Positions 40,425 to 50,977 of a DNA stretch of 64,000 bases are shown here, in pieces; within the stretch, counting starts at the first letter, position 1; the number at the start of each line of letters is the position of its first letter. Under the pieces are notes generated by a model that did no database searches, had not been told where the DNA came from, and was given only the letters and a program-made list of their open reading frames with translations. Source of the stretch: Methanotrichaceae archaeon (GTDB lineage: Archaea > Halobacteriota > Methanosarcinia > Methanotrichales > Methanotrichaceae). A program made the translations under genes and the position numbers. The DNA lies in NCBI GenBank assembly GCA_963813075.1, contig CAWEXU010000013.1:96001-160000 (forward strand), written 5' to 3'.

Positions 40425-43400
40425 ATGCAAAAGGATATAGTAATTGAGGTTTGGGAGACAGGGACAGCTGCAGCCGGGACCCTGGAATTCAGAATAGCAG
40501 TGGAGGGCGAGGCGGTCGTGAACAGGCGACTCACTCCGGTTGAGGCGATGGAGGTCAGGGAGATCTCTGCCCAGTATGCTTCTTTATTTTCAGGCGGAAA
40601 GAAAAGCAACAGCAGCAGCTATCTTCACCTCCTGGGTGATGGCCTGTTTCGACTCTTTATTCAGCCGAACTGGCAGGAGCTGGGCCCCAAGATCCTCTCC
40701 GGTGGCAGGCTGCTTGTGGTATCGAGCATACCCCAGATCCTCCAGCTTCCCTGGGAGCTTCTCCGCCTCCCTGGCGACCAGGCAATCACCATTGGCCTCT
40801 CAGACGAATTTGCCGTCCTCCGACTGCCCCGGGAATGGGCCCCTCCCTCCGGCTCATCCCTTTCCCCTCCATCCCTTTCCCCTCCATCCCTTCCTGCTCC
40901 ACCCCTCTCCCCGCCTTCCCATGAACTGAGATCTGGCCCCTTGAGAATGCTCTTTTTCTCCGCCGACCCCCAGCATTTCGAGGAGGAGGAGCTTTTCCTT
41001 CTCAGGGCGGTGCAGGGACTGGACATCCATCTGGAGATCGGCGAAAGCGCATCCTTCGAGGAGCTGAATCGGTGCATAGAATCCTTCCAGCCTCATTTGG
41101 TATACCTCTCAGGGGAGGCAAATCTGTCCATTGGAATCTCCGGAGGAGAAGCGCGGTTCGCTTTCATGGATCCTGCAGGCAAGCCTGACCTGAGGTCTGC
41201 AGAGGAGATAGCGGCGGTTTTAAAGAGCGGCGGGGCGGAGTGCATAATTCTTGGCGGGCGGAAGACGGAGCCTGATCCGGCCAGGGATCTTCTCTGCCAG
41301 AGGCTGGCAGAAGATCTGCCCGCGGCGGTAGCCTGGAATGGTTCCGTCGCCCCTCAGGAGATCATTCGCTCTCTTTCTCTGGGTGAGTCGGTGCATGAAG
41401 CCGTATGGAGCACCGCCCGAATGATGCTGAAAAAAGTCCTGGATGAAAATGGTGGAGTGGATGCGGCGATACAGGCCTATCCCTTTGTTTATGTCACACG
41501 GGAGCCGACAGGGCTCTTTGATCCCAGTAAGAAGAAAGAGGAGATACTAATAGGGTATCAAGAGCTTCCTCCAATGCCGGGGATGACGGAAGGGCATGCC
41601 AGGGGCTTTATTGACCGGAGGAAGGATTTGCTCCGCCTCTATCCCGACCTGAGACAGGGCGTAATAAACACTCTGATCATCACCGGCGAGCCCGGCAGAG
41701 GGAAGAGCGCTCTTGCCAACCGTCTGGCCAGAATGCTGGCCGTTTCCGGCTATTTTGTCCTGCCCCTTGGGGGCACTCCTCATAACCCCATAACCTCAGC
41801 CCGCCTTTTGGAGGCGGCAGGCCGGCAGCTGGCAGCGGCAGAAGAATATCTGGTGCAGGAGGGGACAAAGAGGCTCTCAGATCTATCGCTCCCGGTTAAT
41901 GAGAGGCTGGCTGCATTGATGGAGCTATTCCGGTCCAATCGCATCCTCATATTCTGGGATGACCTCGGCCTGGATGAGAAGACGGGCAGGATATCCGATC
42001 CTTATCTTGGCCCGCTTTTTGATCAGATGACAAAGGGCCTGCGTTCCAGCCGGGCGATCGTCTCCTGCCCGCGGGTTCCAGAAGATGTTCCCATTCTGCC
42101 CCGTCTGGCCAGAAACTGGAGGCTGGATGGGCTCAATCAAGCCGCTTTTCTGAGGTTCATGCTCCAGAACAGAACGATAGCTGATGGCTACCGCAAAGGC
42201 GAGATCACATTTGATGGCCTGGTGGACTTCTATTCCCTTTACGAGGGAGATCCGTCTAAATTGGAGCTGATCCGCAGCGCTCTGGCAAGAGGTCTGCCCT
42301 CCGATGGCGATCCTCTGGCCTGGCTGGTCGAGAGCCTCAGCCCCGATTCTCTCTTTGCCCTCCAATGCATAGCGGTCTACGATGTAGCCATGAGCCCGGC
42401 AGGCTTTGCTGCCGCGGCAAGAATCGATGTGGAGAGGATAGCCGAGAGCTTGCCCCTCTGGGAGGAGCTGTCGCTCTGCTATAGGAGCGGTGATCTGTGG
42501 GCGGTTCATTCCTCTGCTCGCCCCATGCTTCGAGAGGGATCAAGCCCGGAGGAGAGAAGAGAGGCTCATATGAGGGCGGGCGGATTTCTGGAGGAGATGG
42601 CGGAATCGGGCCAATCTGCAGAGCTATCCCTGTTCCGTCTGGACGGCCTCATGGAGGCGCGGGGGCACTATCTTGAGGCCGGCGACCTGGCGGAGGCGAA
42701 ACGTGTGACCAGCAGGATCAGCAGCTACCTGGATCGGCGGGGGTATTACAGCGAGCTGATCAGACTGAACCGGGAGATACTGGACAGGGAGCCGGACAAA
42801 GATTCGATGAACTGGATCGCTCAGGCCTATGCTCATCAGATGGATCAGAAGAACGCTATTCAGTGGTACAAAAGTGCCCTGGATATTGCTCCTGATGCCA
42901 CCAGCTATCAGGGCTTGGGTTTGATACAGCTTGGCCAGGGCGAGTATGATCTGGCTGAGGAAAACCTGCAGAAAGCTCTGCAGATTCATCTTGACCAAAA
43001 GGACCGGCGGGGAGAGGCGGCAGTTCTGCATGCTCTGGCCACCATCGATATGGCAAATAAGAGCGGCTCTGCGGCAAAAGATAAGCTGGAGAGGGCTGCC
43101 CGGATCCTCGAGGATCTGGGAGATAAGATGGGGGAGGCTGCGGTCCAGCAGGATATGGCGAGTATTGATATGATGCAAGGCCACTACGATTCTGCCCGGC
43201 CCAGGCTGGCAAGATCCCTGGAGCTGGCCATAGAGACGGGTGACCGGGCAGGTGAGGCGGTGCTGCTCTTCAGTCTTGCCGATGTCGACCGGGAAAAGGG
43301 CGAGCTTGCTCGGGCAACAGAGGAGCTTGATTGTGCCCTGGCCATCACCAGGGATCTGGGCGACCGCAAAGGGATGGCCGCCAGCCTGCACGGACTGGGG

Positions 43401-43757
43401 ATGATCAATTCACTGGCCGGTGAGAAGGAGGAGGCGGCGAAACATTTCCGGGAGGCTTTGCAGGTCTATCAGGAGCTGAAAGATCAGCTGGGCGAGGCAG
43501 GAGCGCTCTTTCAGCTCGGCGCCCTGGCGGTACAGATGGACCGGGTCCCGGAGGGGCTCCGCCTGATGGCCCTCTCTGCGGTGGTCTTGAGGAGCATCAA
43601 GAGCGATGAGGTCAGGAACATCGAGCCGGTGGTAGAAAGGCTGGCTTCTCAGCTCAACTACAGCCAGGAGCAGTTTATGGCCATGCTGCAGGAGGTCATG
43701 CACGGCTATACAAAAGACCGGGGCATGGAGCTGGTGAATAAGGCCTTGAGGAAGTAG
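40425..43757 (+). CDS. CHAT-like domain + STAND-type P-loop NTPase + TPR protein
   Basis: LQLPWELL CHAT motif; Walker A GEPGRGKS, Walker B ILIFWDD; C-terminal GEA..L..LG TPRs; SLSPP 15-bp repeats near 40855-40915. Confidence 0.8.
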   Translation: MQKDIVIEVWETGTAAAGTLEFRIAVEGEAVVNRRLTPVEAMEVREISAQYASLFSGGKKSNSSSYLHLLGDGLFRLFIQPNWQELGPKILSGGRLLVVSSIPQILQLPWELLRLPGDQAITIGLSDEFAVLRLPREWAPPSGSSLSPPSLSPPSLPAPPLSPPSHELRSGPLRMLFFSADPQHFEEEELFLLRAVQGLDIHLEIGESASFEELNRCIESFQPHLVYLSGEANLSIGISGGEARFAFMDPAGKPDLRSAEEIAAVLKSGGAECIILGGRKTEPDPARDLLCQRLAEDLPAAVAWNGSVAPQEIIRSLSLGESVHEAVWSTARMMLKKVLDENGGVDAAIQAYPFVYVTREPTGLFDPSKKKEEILIGYQELPPMPGMTEGHARGFIDRRKDLLRLYPDLRQGVINTLIITGEPGRGKSALANRLARMLAVSGYFVLPLGGTPHNPITSARLLEAAGRQLAAAEEYLVQEGTKRLSDLSLPVNERLAALMELFRSNRILIFWDDLGLDEKTGRISDPYLGPLFDQMTKGLRSSRAIVSCPRVPEDVPILPRLARNWRLDGLNQAAFLRFMLQNRTIADGYRKGEITFDGLVDFYSLYEGDPSKLELIRSALARGLPSDGDPLAWLVESLSPDSLFALQCIAVYDVAMSPAGFAAAARIDVERIAESLPLWEELSLCYRSGDLWAVHSSARPMLREGSSPEERREAHMRAGGFLEEMAESGQSAELSLFRLDGLMEARGHYLEAGDLAEAKRVTSRISSYLDRRGYYSELIRLNREILDREPDKDSMNWIAQAYAHQMDQKNAIQWYKSALDIAPDATSYQGLGLIQLGQGEYDLAEENLQKALQIHLDQKDRRGEAAVLHALATIDMANKSGSAAKDKLERAARILEDLGDKMGEAAVQQDMASIDMMQGHYDSARPRLARSLELAIETGDRAGEAVLLFSLADVDREKGELARATEELDCALAITRDLGDRKGMAASLHGLGMINSLAGEKEEAAKHFREALQVYQELKDQLGEAGALFQLGALAVQMDRVPEGLRLMALSAVVLRSIKSDEVRNIEPVVERLASQLNYSQEQFMAMLQEVMHGYTKDRGMELVNKALRK

Positions 43758-43835
43758 GGCAGTTTGCTCGCCAGGACTTAGTGATCTCCTTAATTGAGGC
43801 AGATGATCAATATAAAAATATAAATGGAGATGTGC

Positions 43836-44819
43836 CTAACTTGTATAGCCCATCTCCCCGGCCCTGGCAATAGCGTCATCCGCATCAGAGTTGCGACCGA
43901 GAGCCTTCAATGCGAGGCCTTTTTTATACCAGATTTTTGGAAACATTGGGTCAATCTGTATGGCGCGATCATATTCGGTGAGGGCATCTTCATACTTGTC
44001 CATGGCCATGAGGACATCTCCCTTGCTTTGCATGGCTACAGAATAGTCAGGAGATATCTCTGTCGCCCTGTCAAAGGCATTGAGTGCATCATCGTATTTG
44101 CCCATATTAGCGAGAACTATGCCCTTTCCCGTCCAAGCTTTGGATGTTGATATTCCTGCCATATAATCTTTGGAGGGTTGAGCGGCATCGATGGCTTTGT
44201 CGTAAGCTTCAAGGGCTTCGCTATATCTTCCCAGTTTGTTGAGGGCATAGCCTTTGCTCGACCAGGCGTCAGAATCATTTGTTTTAGCCTGGATAGTTTC
44301 GTTTAGGATCTCCAGCGATCTCTTATAGTCTTTAACCGCATCATCCGATCTTCCTATATTATCAAGGGCATCGGCCCGGCCTATCCAATCACTGACCTTA
44401 TCCGGTTCCGTCTGAATGGCCATGTCATATGATTCTATAGATTCGTTGTATCTGCCTAATTCTGCAAAAAGGAAACCCTGTGTGCTCCAGATATCCAACT
44501 CCAGGGGATTTAGCTCTATAGCCATGCGATTCGCCTCTATGGCCTCTGGGAGCTTTCCCATCTCTTGCAGAGCAATGGCCTTGCCGCGCCATGCAGCTAC
44601 CTGCTCCTGGCTTGAATTGGCGAACTTAATGGCATTATCGAATGCAATAATACTTTCATTTAGGGATTGCTCTCCAATAAGCGCCTGGCCTTTATCTATC
44701 CAGTACTCCGGGGTGTTCTCCTGGGCCAAAGCGATTGTGCAGATCATGGCCAATGCCATTATGGTCTTAATCCAAATGTTGATCCGCATAGTTGATACCG
44801 ATCTATTTTTTTTGATCAT
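43836..44819 (-). CDS. Secreted TPR protein
   Basis: Signal-like segment then W..KG.AL...G.Y.EA...YD.A repeats; start uncertain. Confidence 0.85.
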   Translation of the reverse strand: MIKKNRSVSTMRINIWIKTIMALAMICTIALAQENTPEYWIDKGQALIGEQSLNESIIAFDNAIKFANSSQEQVAAWRGKAIALQEMGKLPEAIEANRMAIELNPLELDIWSTQGFLFAELGRYNESIESYDMAIQTEPDKVSDWIGRADALDNIGRSDDAVKDYKRSLEILNETIQAKTNDSDAWSSKGYALNKLGRYSEALEAYDKAIDAAQPSKDYMAGISTSKAWTGKGIVLANMGKYDDALNAFDRATEISPDYSVAMQSKGDVLMAMDKYEDALTEYDRAIQIDPMFPKIWYKKGLALKALGRNSDADDAIARAGEMGYTS

Positions 44820-45060
44820 TTGAAAACGTCTCCTTCTAAGGTATGTCCTAGCGATATTAGGACTGAAGTACGACATTTATCGAATATAAACTTTCGTCCC
44901 CCTTTCATAGATTACCAAATGGGGGACTCAAGATTACCCATGCAAAACAGCCAAGGGCCTGAAAACGCGGCAAAATCAACCGCCGATTGACGATAAATAA
45001 AGGACGCCCGTTCCCCGTCCCCCTTCCAGGCCATTCACCGCAGCCACCCCGTCTATCCCG

Positions 45061-45131
45061 GCAGGCGGCGATCTTCTCTGCCTGCTTTGCCAGGACCTCT
45101 TTTTATTATCTCGCCCACGAACTTGATGTAG
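45061..45131. repeat. Imperfect ~70-bp copy of the 3' region of the RecJ-like gene (45254-45323)
   Basis: GCAGGCGGCGATCTTCTCTGCC...CCCACGAACTTGATG shared, about 10 differences. Confidence 0.85.
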
Positions 45132-45199
45132 ACAGGACTTTTGGGGGATAAGGGAAAATCAGAAAAGATGAGGATGATTGGTGTTCGGGATGAAGATGG

Positions 45200-47356
45200 T
45201 TACATTGCCTCTGCGCCCAATGCCGGTGCCTTCAGGGGAACCTCATCCACCGAGCAGGCGGCGATCTTCTCTGCCAGCTTCGCCAGGACATCTTTTCTCA
45301 TCCCACCCACGAACTTGATGGAGCCCACCACCAGGTGTCCTCCCCCTGAGACCCCTCCATTGGGTATCTCCTCCATCAATTCCCGGACCATCTGGGGGAT
45401 GTTCATCCTCACTCCCCGGCTGCGCAGCACTGCGAAATCCGGGCCATAGCCGATGGTGACCACCGGCTTTCCGTCGTACTTCTGGCAGAGGCGGTCGTGC
45501 ACCTCTCCGGAGGTCTTGCCGGGCGGGGGGAAGGTGAACTTATGGGCGAAGTTCTCCACATCCAGGACGTTCATGATGATCCCATTGGGAAGCTTGGTGC
45601 TCTTGACATTGCCCATGCTCGCCCGGAGCTGCTCGTCTATGGCGGCATTGGCCTGCTCACAGAGAAGCTCGACGATCTTCTGGTGCCGGTCAAGCCTGCC
45701 CAGGCACAGGATATCGTTTATCAGGCCCCGACCGTCGTTAAAACGCTGCCAGAAGGCCTCATAGTCAAGAGCTAAGGCGATCTTTTTCAGGTCATCTCTC
45801 GGGAACCTGTCCTCTACCAGGCTGATGTATGCAGCAGCCTCCGGGGCCTCGCTGCGGTCGCCTATCGCGGATACTGCCGGAAAATGGCGGATCTTGTTCT
45901 CGACATCAGGGTGGATCATGCGGGCGATCTCCGTGGCCAGCATGCCCGTGGTCAGGCCGAAGTCCCCTCCTGCGTGAGCGGGGTTGACGTGGGCCACCAG
46001 GAACTGGTCCACGATCTTGTGGGGATGGTGATGGTCGACGACGAGCATCTCCATGCCGTAGACCTGAGCCTGGCGCATGGCAGGCACATCCTCCTCGGTG
46101 GAGCCGTTGTCCATCAGGATGATCAGTGGCATCTTCTGGCCGTGCCGGCTCTGGTCTTCCAGGGCGTATGTCAGGTCCTTGGTCACATCCTCCAGCTCGT
46201 AGAATGGGGCTTTGCTGGGGGCGCGGCGGTAGTTGTGGTACTCGGCATCCGGGCCGCTCACCTCGGCAATCAATGGGAGGACGGCCATCTCAATGGCCAC
46301 TGCGGCGGAGATACCATCGGCATCGGCATGATGGCGGACCACAACCGGCCGGGACTTTAGGACGGCGCGGCGGATCTCTTTGGCCACCGCCTTCATCGCC
46401 GGACGCAGCCGGTCCATGATCTCGCTTTTGACCAAAAACTCCGTTTCTGCCGGCTCAGCCCGGAGATCAATGGCCTTCTCTATCTGGTCTTTCACTGCCG
46501 AGGCATCGCCTCCCCAGAGGCGTTTCATGGATTTTATCTCCACCTGAACCTGGTTGTTGCGCAGGCTGACCTCGCCGATTACCCGGACCATCATATCGCT
46601 ATCAATTTCAGCGTAGGCCCGCACCCCGGCCCGCTCGAAGGCGGCGCCGAAGACCAGGCCGCTGTCATCGGCCAGGGTGAAGATGGTCGGACCGCCGGTC
46701 TGCTTGACCTGGATCACCTCTCCCTTGATCATGACCGTCTTGCCCACCTGGCTGTGCAGATCAGCCGCCTTGGAGAGGGGAAGGTCCTTTTCCACCTCGA
46801 CGGTGTTGTACTCCTTAAGCTCCGCCGGTTCCAGCTCGATGTTGCCGTTGGGAAGGATGTTTCTCACCGTCACCAGTATGGTGTCGCCAGCCTCCGGACG
46901 GCTCTTGAGATATTTGTTGTGGGCAAGGCCGCGCACAGAATCGGTTAGATCGACAAAAGCCCCGAAGTTTGCCAGACCGGAGACCTTGCCCTGGTAGATA
47001 TCCCCCACAGAAATGTCTCTGATGTCGCAGGCCGGATCAAGGATGTGGACCAGCGGCTTTTTGGCGCAGCGCTCACACAGCTCCTTTTTGCTGTCCAGCT
47101 TCGTCTTGCAGACCACGCAGATATATTCCCGGCCAAGGCCCTGGCAATCAGGGCAGCTCTCGGTGAGCGGAATCATGCCGCTGCCCTGGCAGACGGTGCA
47201 TTTGGTCGAGCCGCTCTCGATCAGAGACTTCATGTCTTTATCCGAAGCCTCTCCCAGGGAGATGGACTCGGTCGTTCCCTTGCCATTGCAGTTGGGGCAG
47301 GGCTTCTCTCCAACCTTGAGCACTCCACGGCCCTGGCATCTCTCACACTGATTCAT
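45200..47356 (-). CDS. Archaeal RecJ-like DHH phosphoesterase with DnaJ-type zinc finger and S1/OB domains
   Basis: CxxCxGxG repeats, FGAFVDL (S1), RHHADADG, MDNGST, VVDHH, GGGH. Confidence 0.92.
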   Translation of the reverse strand: MNQCERCQGRGVLKVGEKPCPNCNGKGTTESISLGEASDKDMKSLIESGSTKCTVCQGSGMIPLTESCPDCQGLGREYICVVCKTKLDSKKELCERCAKKPLVHILDPACDIRDISVGDIYQGKVSGLANFGAFVDLTDSVRGLAHNKYLKSRPEAGDTILVTVRNILPNGNIELEPAELKEYNTVEVEKDLPLSKAADLHSQVGKTVMIKGEVIQVKQTGGPTIFTLADDSGLVFGAAFERAGVRAYAEIDSDMMVRVIGEVSLRNNQVQVEIKSMKRLWGGDASAVKDQIEKAIDLRAEPAETEFLVKSEIMDRLRPAMKAVAKEIRRAVLKSRPVVVRHHADADGISAAVAIEMAVLPLIAEVSGPDAEYHNYRRAPSKAPFYELEDVTKDLTYALEDQSRHGQKMPLIILMDNGSTEEDVPAMRQAQVYGMEMLVVDHHHPHKIVDQFLVAHVNPAHAGGDFGLTTGMLATEIARMIHPDVENKIRHFPAVSAIGDRSEAPEAAAYISLVEDRFPRDDLKKIALALDYEAFWQRFNDGRGLINDILCLGRLDRHQKIVELLCEQANAAIDEQLRASMGNVKSTKLPNGIIMNVLDVENFAHKFTFPPPGKTSGEVHDRLCQKYDGKPVVTIGYGPDFAVLRSRGVRMNIPQMVRELMEEIPNGGVSGGGHLVVGSIKFVGGMRKDVLAKLAEKIAACSVDEVPLKAPALGAEAM

Positions 47357-47493
47357 CGCTCTTCGGATGTTTTGGAGGAATTTATAGCTTCGGGATGAAG
47401 GCGGATGCCAATTTCCGCCCATCCCGTCTGGGGGGCATAGTAGAGCATGATCCTGGAAGGCTCTAAATAAGGGGGGGCCATATCTTTGCGCCC

Positions 47494-48118
47494 GTGCGAG
47501 CAGTGGTTTTGCGTCTGGGGCATAGGCCGGAGAGGGACAAGAGGATCACCACTCATGTGGGCCTGGTCGCCCGGGCCTTTGGAGCGGAGGAGATGCTTCT
47601 TTGCGGTCGCGATGCCCATGTGGAGGAGAGCCTGAATGATGCGGCCAGGCGGTGGGGAGGCAGCTTCCGCCTCAAACCGGATGCATCATGGAAAGGGGAG
47701 ATCGTGCGCTGGAGGGAGATGGGGGGAAAGGTGGTTCACCTCACCATGTACGGCTCGAATCTGCCCGATGTGATCGATGAGATCCGTAAGAGCGAGGATA
47801 TACTGATCGTGGTGGGAGCGGAGAAGGTTCCGGCAGAGGTGTACCAATTGGCGGACTGGAATGTGGCGGTGGGCAACCAGCCCCATTCCGAGGTGGCGGC
47901 GCTGGCGGTATTTCTTGGACCGGCTCTTTTTGGGCCAGGAGCTGTGCCAGCAGTTTGAGGGGGGGCTGAAGATTGTGCCCTCCTCCCGGGGAAAGGAGGT
48001 CATCTATCCGGAGTACGGCTCGAAGAAGGAGGAAGAGGATAGGGACGATGATGATGATGAGGTGGGGGATGATGACGGGGCCGCCCCTGGCGAGGCCGCT
48101 AGCCTCCTATCATGGTGA
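47494..48118 (+). CDS. trm56: tRNA (cytidine(56)-2'-O)-methyltransferase, frameshift near 47915
   Basis: [51 protein letters not shown]. Confidence 0.93.
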
Positions 48119-48145
48119 TAACGATCTTATGAGAGTCATAGAGCG

Positions 48146-49244
48146 ATGAAGCTTCTGGTAATTGGAATCAACATTCGCCATATCGCCTGTTCTGCCTGCC
48201 GGGCGGGGCATGAGGTCCATGCCGTCGATGGCTACTGCGACCTGGACCTGGAGAGCTGCGCTGGGGATATGGCATTCTTGTCCCGGGATGGATTGACAGG
48301 TTCTGATGGTCAGGACAGAATCGATGAGCAGATCTGCGAGCACATCGAGAGGGTTCGACCGGATGCCGTCGTCCTCGGTCCGGGGCTGGAGGAGGCCAGT
48401 GTCAAAGGGGTGCCGGTGCTCAATAATTCGCCCGAGAAGGCCCACCGGATCTCGGACAAGCTCTGGCAGGCCCGCTGGCTGGAGAAGAATGGCTTTCCCT
48501 CCATCAGGACATGGACCTCGACGGAGGAGCTGGACTTTCCGGTGATGGTCAAGCCCCGGCGGGGAGCGGGCGGGGTGGGCTGCAGAATAGCCCAATCTCG
48601 ATCGGATCTTGATTGGCAGGAGGGATTGATTGCTCAGGAGATCGTCTCCGGCCGGCCGGCGAGCGTCTCGGTCATCGGCGACGGGAAAGATGCGCGGGCC
48701 CTGGCAACAAACGAGCAGCTGATCGGGGAGGGCTGGACGGGAGCGAAGGGATTTCGCTATTGCGGGAACATCACACCCCTGGAGCCGTTGCCCAAGAGTG
48801 ATATAGCGAGCATGGCGGAGCGGATCGTCGCCCGGCTGGGTCTTTTGGGCAGCAATGGGGTTGATTTCCTGCTCACTGAGGATGGACCGGTGGTGGTGGA
48901 GGTCAACTGCCGCTTCCAGGGGAGCCTGGACACAGTGGAGTGCGCCACTGGAGTCAACCTCTTCCAGGCTCATCTGAACTCCTTCCGGGGAGTGCTGCCC
49001 GAAAGGCCGGCCATCAGTGCACTGCCGGGAGGGCGATAGTCTATGCACCACGTCACCTCGGAGATCAAAGGAGAAGCTGCTCTTTCCCTGGACGGCGGAT
49101 GTCCCCCGTCCTGGATCGGTGATAGGAGGAGATGATCCCATCCTCTCCGTCCTGGCCCGAGGAAGAGATCGAGGGGCAGTCCTCGCCCGGCTGCAAGATC
49201 GGGCGGCAAAGGTTAGGGAATTGACAGCTTCATCAGGCAGATAG
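48146..49244 (+). CDS. ATP-grasp domain protein, frameshifts near the 3' end
   Basis: DK, FPVMVKPRRGAGG, QE.V.G.PASVS, GSNGVDF, EVNCRFQGS; ADVP.PG..I..DDPILSV in a shifted frame. Confidence 0.85.
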
Positions 49245-49858
49245 CAAAAGAAAAGATCCAGTACGCTGAAACAGCAAGAAAAAGGAATAGAAGAGCGCTC
49301 CGATCTGGGTAAAGAGTCGATACGAGCCGCTAGAATTTAATAAGCAAGATAGATTCCACTAAGAAAAGTACATGCAAAAAATTGCAAAGATTATACCGTT
49401 ATTGATTGCCTGCGGAAAAGCCAAGCTACCAGGATATGAGTCTGTAGACCCAGTTGCTTAGCAGCGTCCAGACCCTGACATAACCAGACCCTTTTTCCAG
49501 CTTCTGCTTGTCCTTTTCAGAATATCTAACCCTATCCTTCATCCACGAGTCCATGGTAAGCTCTCACTTCTCTTTTGAATATAACAATATCGGTCTGCAT
49601 GATGCGATAGGTCAGATCGATTGCGTATTGAATTGGGGATGGGATCGGATTGAGGGCGCTGATCATTGAGCGAATTGGATAAGATTATTAAGCAATTTAC
49701 AGGAATGTACCTTCCGATATGGATATAAAAAGCTAATGCCAGATAAAGGTAATATAGCATAAGCGCGAAGATGTTGGCATAAGCATTGAGCGGCAGCGAG
49801 CAGCAATTGAGCAGAAGCATTAAGCAGAAGATTGAGCAGGAAAATACCAGAGGATGAA

Positions 49859-50407
49859 ATGAAGTCGCCGGAAAGGATCACCATAGCACTGGACGAAGAG
49901 ACCGCAGGCCTGTTCAAGAAGATGAAAGAGGACTCGAACATGTCCCAGAGCGAGCTGATGCGCGAATCCCTTAAGTTCTTTGGCAAGCATAAGATGCTCT
50001 TTGAGTACTCAGAGGACAACAAGGTCTACACCCATGCCGAGATGCTCGCTGCCGGGGAGCATGTCATCCTTGATATCGACCACTGGATAATGTTTCTCAG
50101 CTTCATCGAGACTCACCCGGAGAAAGAGAAGTTCTGGAGCCTGCATAAAGAGGTCAGCCGGGCTCATGCCGAGCAGTTCAAGCATAAGCTCTTCAATGCC
50201 GAGACCATCCTCCGCCGGCTGGAGATCTGCAACCTCTTCACCATGAATAAGACCGGCAAGAACGAGTTCACTCTGATCTTCGGATCGGATGCCCCCAAGA
50301 AGTTCGTGCTCAAAGAATTAGAGGAGATCTTCGCGGGAATGGGCTTTTTAGTGGAGATCAAAGAGGACTTCTCCAAGCTCAGAATAAAGGTAATTCACGA
50401 TCTATAA
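49859..50407 (+). CDS. Ribbon-helix-helix (CopG) transcriptional regulator with C-terminal domain
   Basis: RITIALDEE...SQSELMRESL; GEHVILDIDHW. Confidence 0.8.
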   Translation: MKSPERITIALDEETAGLFKKMKEDSNMSQSELMRESLKFFGKHKMLFEYSEDNKVYTHAEMLAAGEHVILDIDHWIMFLSFIETHPEKEKFWSLHKEVSRAHAEQFKHKLFNAETILRRLEICNLFTMNKTGKNEFTLIFGSDAPKKFVLKELEEIFAGMGFLVEIKEDFSKLRIKVIHDL

Positions 50408-50446
50408 GAAAAATTAATCCCCTAGAAGGATCATACCGCCGAAAAG

Positions 50447-50950
50447 ATGAACGACGTTGCCCCTTCCCAGGATCTCATCTCCCTGGCAGAGGATTTCATT
50501 GCCGTAAAGCAGGAAGAGATGAGCCGGGATCTGGCGGAAAAATATCTGCTATCCTCAGACGAGGTCTCGGAGATAGTATCTTCATTTCTCGATGATTCTT
50601 ATGGGTCGGCCATGGCCCGGGCAGAGGAGATTGCGAAGAGAGAGGGTTTGGTGCTGCTATTTATCGGCAGAAAGGATTGCAGCATCTGCCAGAGATGTCT
50701 TCCGGTTTTAGAGGATTTTGTAGCTGAGCACAAAGATCTGGAGCCGGTAATCCTCGACTACTCCCGGCCGGAGGGACTGCTTTATCATCTGATCCATAGA
50801 GCAAAGCAAGGGATGCTGCCATTAATTGCCTTTATCTTTCGCGGTAAGATCATGATGAAGACCTGTGGCGAGTGCGCCACGATCCACGTTTATGAAGAGT
50901 ATTATCGCGACATGGATCAGGAGTGCAGGCAAAATTTATATGTCCACTGA
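50447..50950 (+). CDS. Thioredoxin-fold protein
   Basis: LLFIGRKDCSIC, LP cis-Pro motif. Confidence 0.7.
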   Translation: MNDVAPSQDLISLAEDFIAVKQEEMSRDLAEKYLLSSDEVSEIVSSFLDDSYGSAMARAEEIAKREGLVLLFIGRKDCSICQRCLPVLEDFVAEHKDLEPVILDYSRPEGLLYHLIHRAKQGMLPLIAFIFRGKIMMKTCGECATIHVYEEYYRDMDQECRQNLYVH

Positions 50951-50977
50951 AGTCGCACCGGAGAGGCGAGGAAGAAA

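Noticed and set aside
45061..45323. Diversity-generating retroelement TR/VR pair
   Set aside because: Mismatches are not exclusively at adenines, an indel is present, there is no reverse transcriptase in the window, and the target is a housekeeping nuclease
48020..48118. Acidic C-terminal tail on Trm56 as a novel feature
   Set aside because: Low-complexity GAT repeats after a frameshift; the true stop cannot be fixed without corrected sequence
48110..49141. Long antisense ORFs (also 951-1625, 28847-29653, 42624-43391, 54902-55654, 58976-59797)
   Set aside because: Shadow ORFs opposite well-supported genes in GC-rich DNA, with no recognisable motifs
49400..49500. c-di-GMP-I-like riboswitch on the minus strand
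   Set aside because: Only scattered short words match (GGACGC, GGTCTA, GGTAGC); P1 and tetraloop features are missing and there is no downstream gene in that orientation
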